From Saccostrea cucullata (taxonomy: Eukaryota): DNA of 64,000 nucleotides. The stretch covers positions 62,001 to 126,000 of the forward strand of contig NW_026918900.1 of NCBI RefSeq assembly GCF_032062105.1, given 5' to 3'. This document shows, piece by piece, positions 62,244 through 64,000 of the stretch. Numbering within the stretch: position 1 is the stretch's first letter; the number at the start of each line of letters is the position of its first letter. The notes beneath the pieces were generated by a model. That model was not told where the DNA came from. It did no database searches and saw only the letters and a list, made by a program, of their open reading frames with translations. Both the position numbers and the translations under genes were made by a program.

Positions 62244-64000
62244 GTAAAACATTAGAGTCAGTTGTGATTGGTCAACAATATCATGATTGACAGAAATATG
62301 TGCCTTTTTCTTGCTTGGGCAATGTTGGGGTGATTTTGAAAATTCATTTTCAACCCTCAGATCTATTTAAACTAAAATAAAAAAAACGGTAAGATTTAAC
62401 AATAAACAAAACCATTAGCATATGAGTCAAAACAGATCATAAAAATTCGTTCAGATGTGAAAGAAACATGGAAATGAAGAACAGTATTAAGGGCAGAAGT
62501 CCATTTAAATGATACATATTGGGAGCAGAACAAACAGGTACCCCCCCGAAAACATCAAAGGCAGTATTAGGTACCTAGCCATAAAGGAATAAACATCCAC
62601 ATCTGAATTATACCACCCCTGGAATATACTGTTGCACAGTATTCCTAAAGTTTTTTCTTCACAACTGACATATTTCAGTGAGGAGTGAATGAAGAGGTTT
62701 GGTAGAACAATTACTGGAACCCACTATTTTTTGTTTTTTTGTAAAGATTGTTATTGAGTTTTGAAATTCAGTATACTAGGTACAGTAATTAACTCAAATT
62801 AATTTTGATTGTCGGGAATATTAGAAATTTTGAAAACTGATGTATGGTTTTGAAAATTTTCCTCCTTCAAAAGGGAACTATGGGTACATGTATAAAATGG
62901 ATTACCTCTCGAAGAACTGAATCCTAGTTCCACTTTAATACAATACAAACAAAGACACTGTTGTTACCTGTTTTAAATTTGTTAGCCACGACCAGTGCAT
63001 ACTGATCTTGTAATCTATCTAATACTTGTTTCACTTCTGTATTGTGAAAGACAGAAGGAAAGTTGGTTTTCATATTGCTCCTTGGTCATTTGAATCAAGA
63101 TTTCAATGTCCATTCATTCGCGAGGTGTCAATTAAGGTATTCTTCTTCATATTTGAGGTTTTCTTGCAAGTTTCATACAAATGGTGTCTTAAATATTTGA
63201 TACATGTATTGTAAATTTTTGAGACCTTTTAGTTTAACATTTCAGTAAAATGATCATTTACCTGATAAAGTAGTTTTCTATGGACTTTTATTTACTTTTA
63301 TCATTTTCTAAAATAAATATTGAATGGAGAACTACAGACAAGTCTGGTATTTATACTGTTTTTGTCTTACAGCTACACTTGTGGACATAAAAGTATGAAC
63401 TGTAAAATAGATATCATTTATTGGTTTTTATTTTGATCCTGGAAGTTTTTCCAAGGTTTTCTCCCAGAGCAGGACTTTTTTCCAGGGGACAATTTTGTTT
63501 GAAATGTATATCTTTCAAAATCTCAAGAACTTTTAAGATCTTGTCAAAGAAAATGTATTACACACACATCGATTTAAAATATAAAATCTATGTCATTTTT
63601 TTTGTCCCAGTAACTAAGGATATGTCCCTGATTGTGATCTTAAAATTCAACTTTAACAAGTAATATGCTGATGGAGAGAACACGACTTCAAGTTCTCAGT
63701 TTGATGCTAGTTGTACTTTATTTTAAGGAAATGAATTAATTTTTTTTTTTACACCTTTTACTAACCAGTTCAAAAGACCAAATATTTTCACTCAATTGTT
63801 TAAATTCTGTAGAATTCACATGGCAGTGCCCTGTCTGTTTAAGTAATTCACCAATGACAACACTTGGATTGACCACAACGATTTAAATCTTCTGCTGAAC
63901 ACTTTTTAACTGATATAAGCAATCCTTTTTTTATGCAGACACCATTTTCTTTCTAAACATTCTTTGTTGCTGAAACTACGTTTTGGTGAAAAAAAGTAAC

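Noticed and set aside
63373-63437. Candidate last ANKZF1 exon (AG|C TAC ACT TGT GGA...)
   Set aside because: The translation lacks the expected CxxC...PF.Y...FCS..C terminal zinc motif; the true exon probably lies beyond the window.

Overview
AT-rich, intron-containing eukaryotic DNA, most likely a bivalve (oyster-like), judged from Cg170-type satellite/HINE elements and intronless nAChR genes. I reconstructed seven protein-coding genes by hand with GT-AG and phase checks. (1) A type II membrane copper amine oxidase (AOC1-like, minus strand, 3 coding exons, 7147..208). (2) A 5-exon CMPK2 (mitochondrial UMP-CMP kinase 2, minus, 24291..17602), which the ORF track shows only in fragments. (3) A bacterial-type M4 (vibriolysin/LasB-like) zinc metalloprotease whose signal peptide is split by a spliceosomal intron (minus, 27858..25672), a candidate domesticated horizontal transfer. 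(4-5) A divergently oriented pair of intronless Cys-loop/nAChR-like subunits lacking the acetylcholine-binding residues. (6) An intronless SIRT5. (7) ANKZF1/Vms1 (plus, 53828..>62243), whose catalytic-domain region carries a 72-bp repeat-derived insertion with two in-frame stops and an 87-bp exon-end duplication. Intergenic and intronic DNA is dense with non-autonomous elements: mariner-type, Ginger1-like, P-like, hAT, TTAA-flanked and IS3EU-like MITEs, Helentron-type HINEs, SINEs and LINE fragments, several of them nested. All family assignments are from recalled motifs; no database searches were run.
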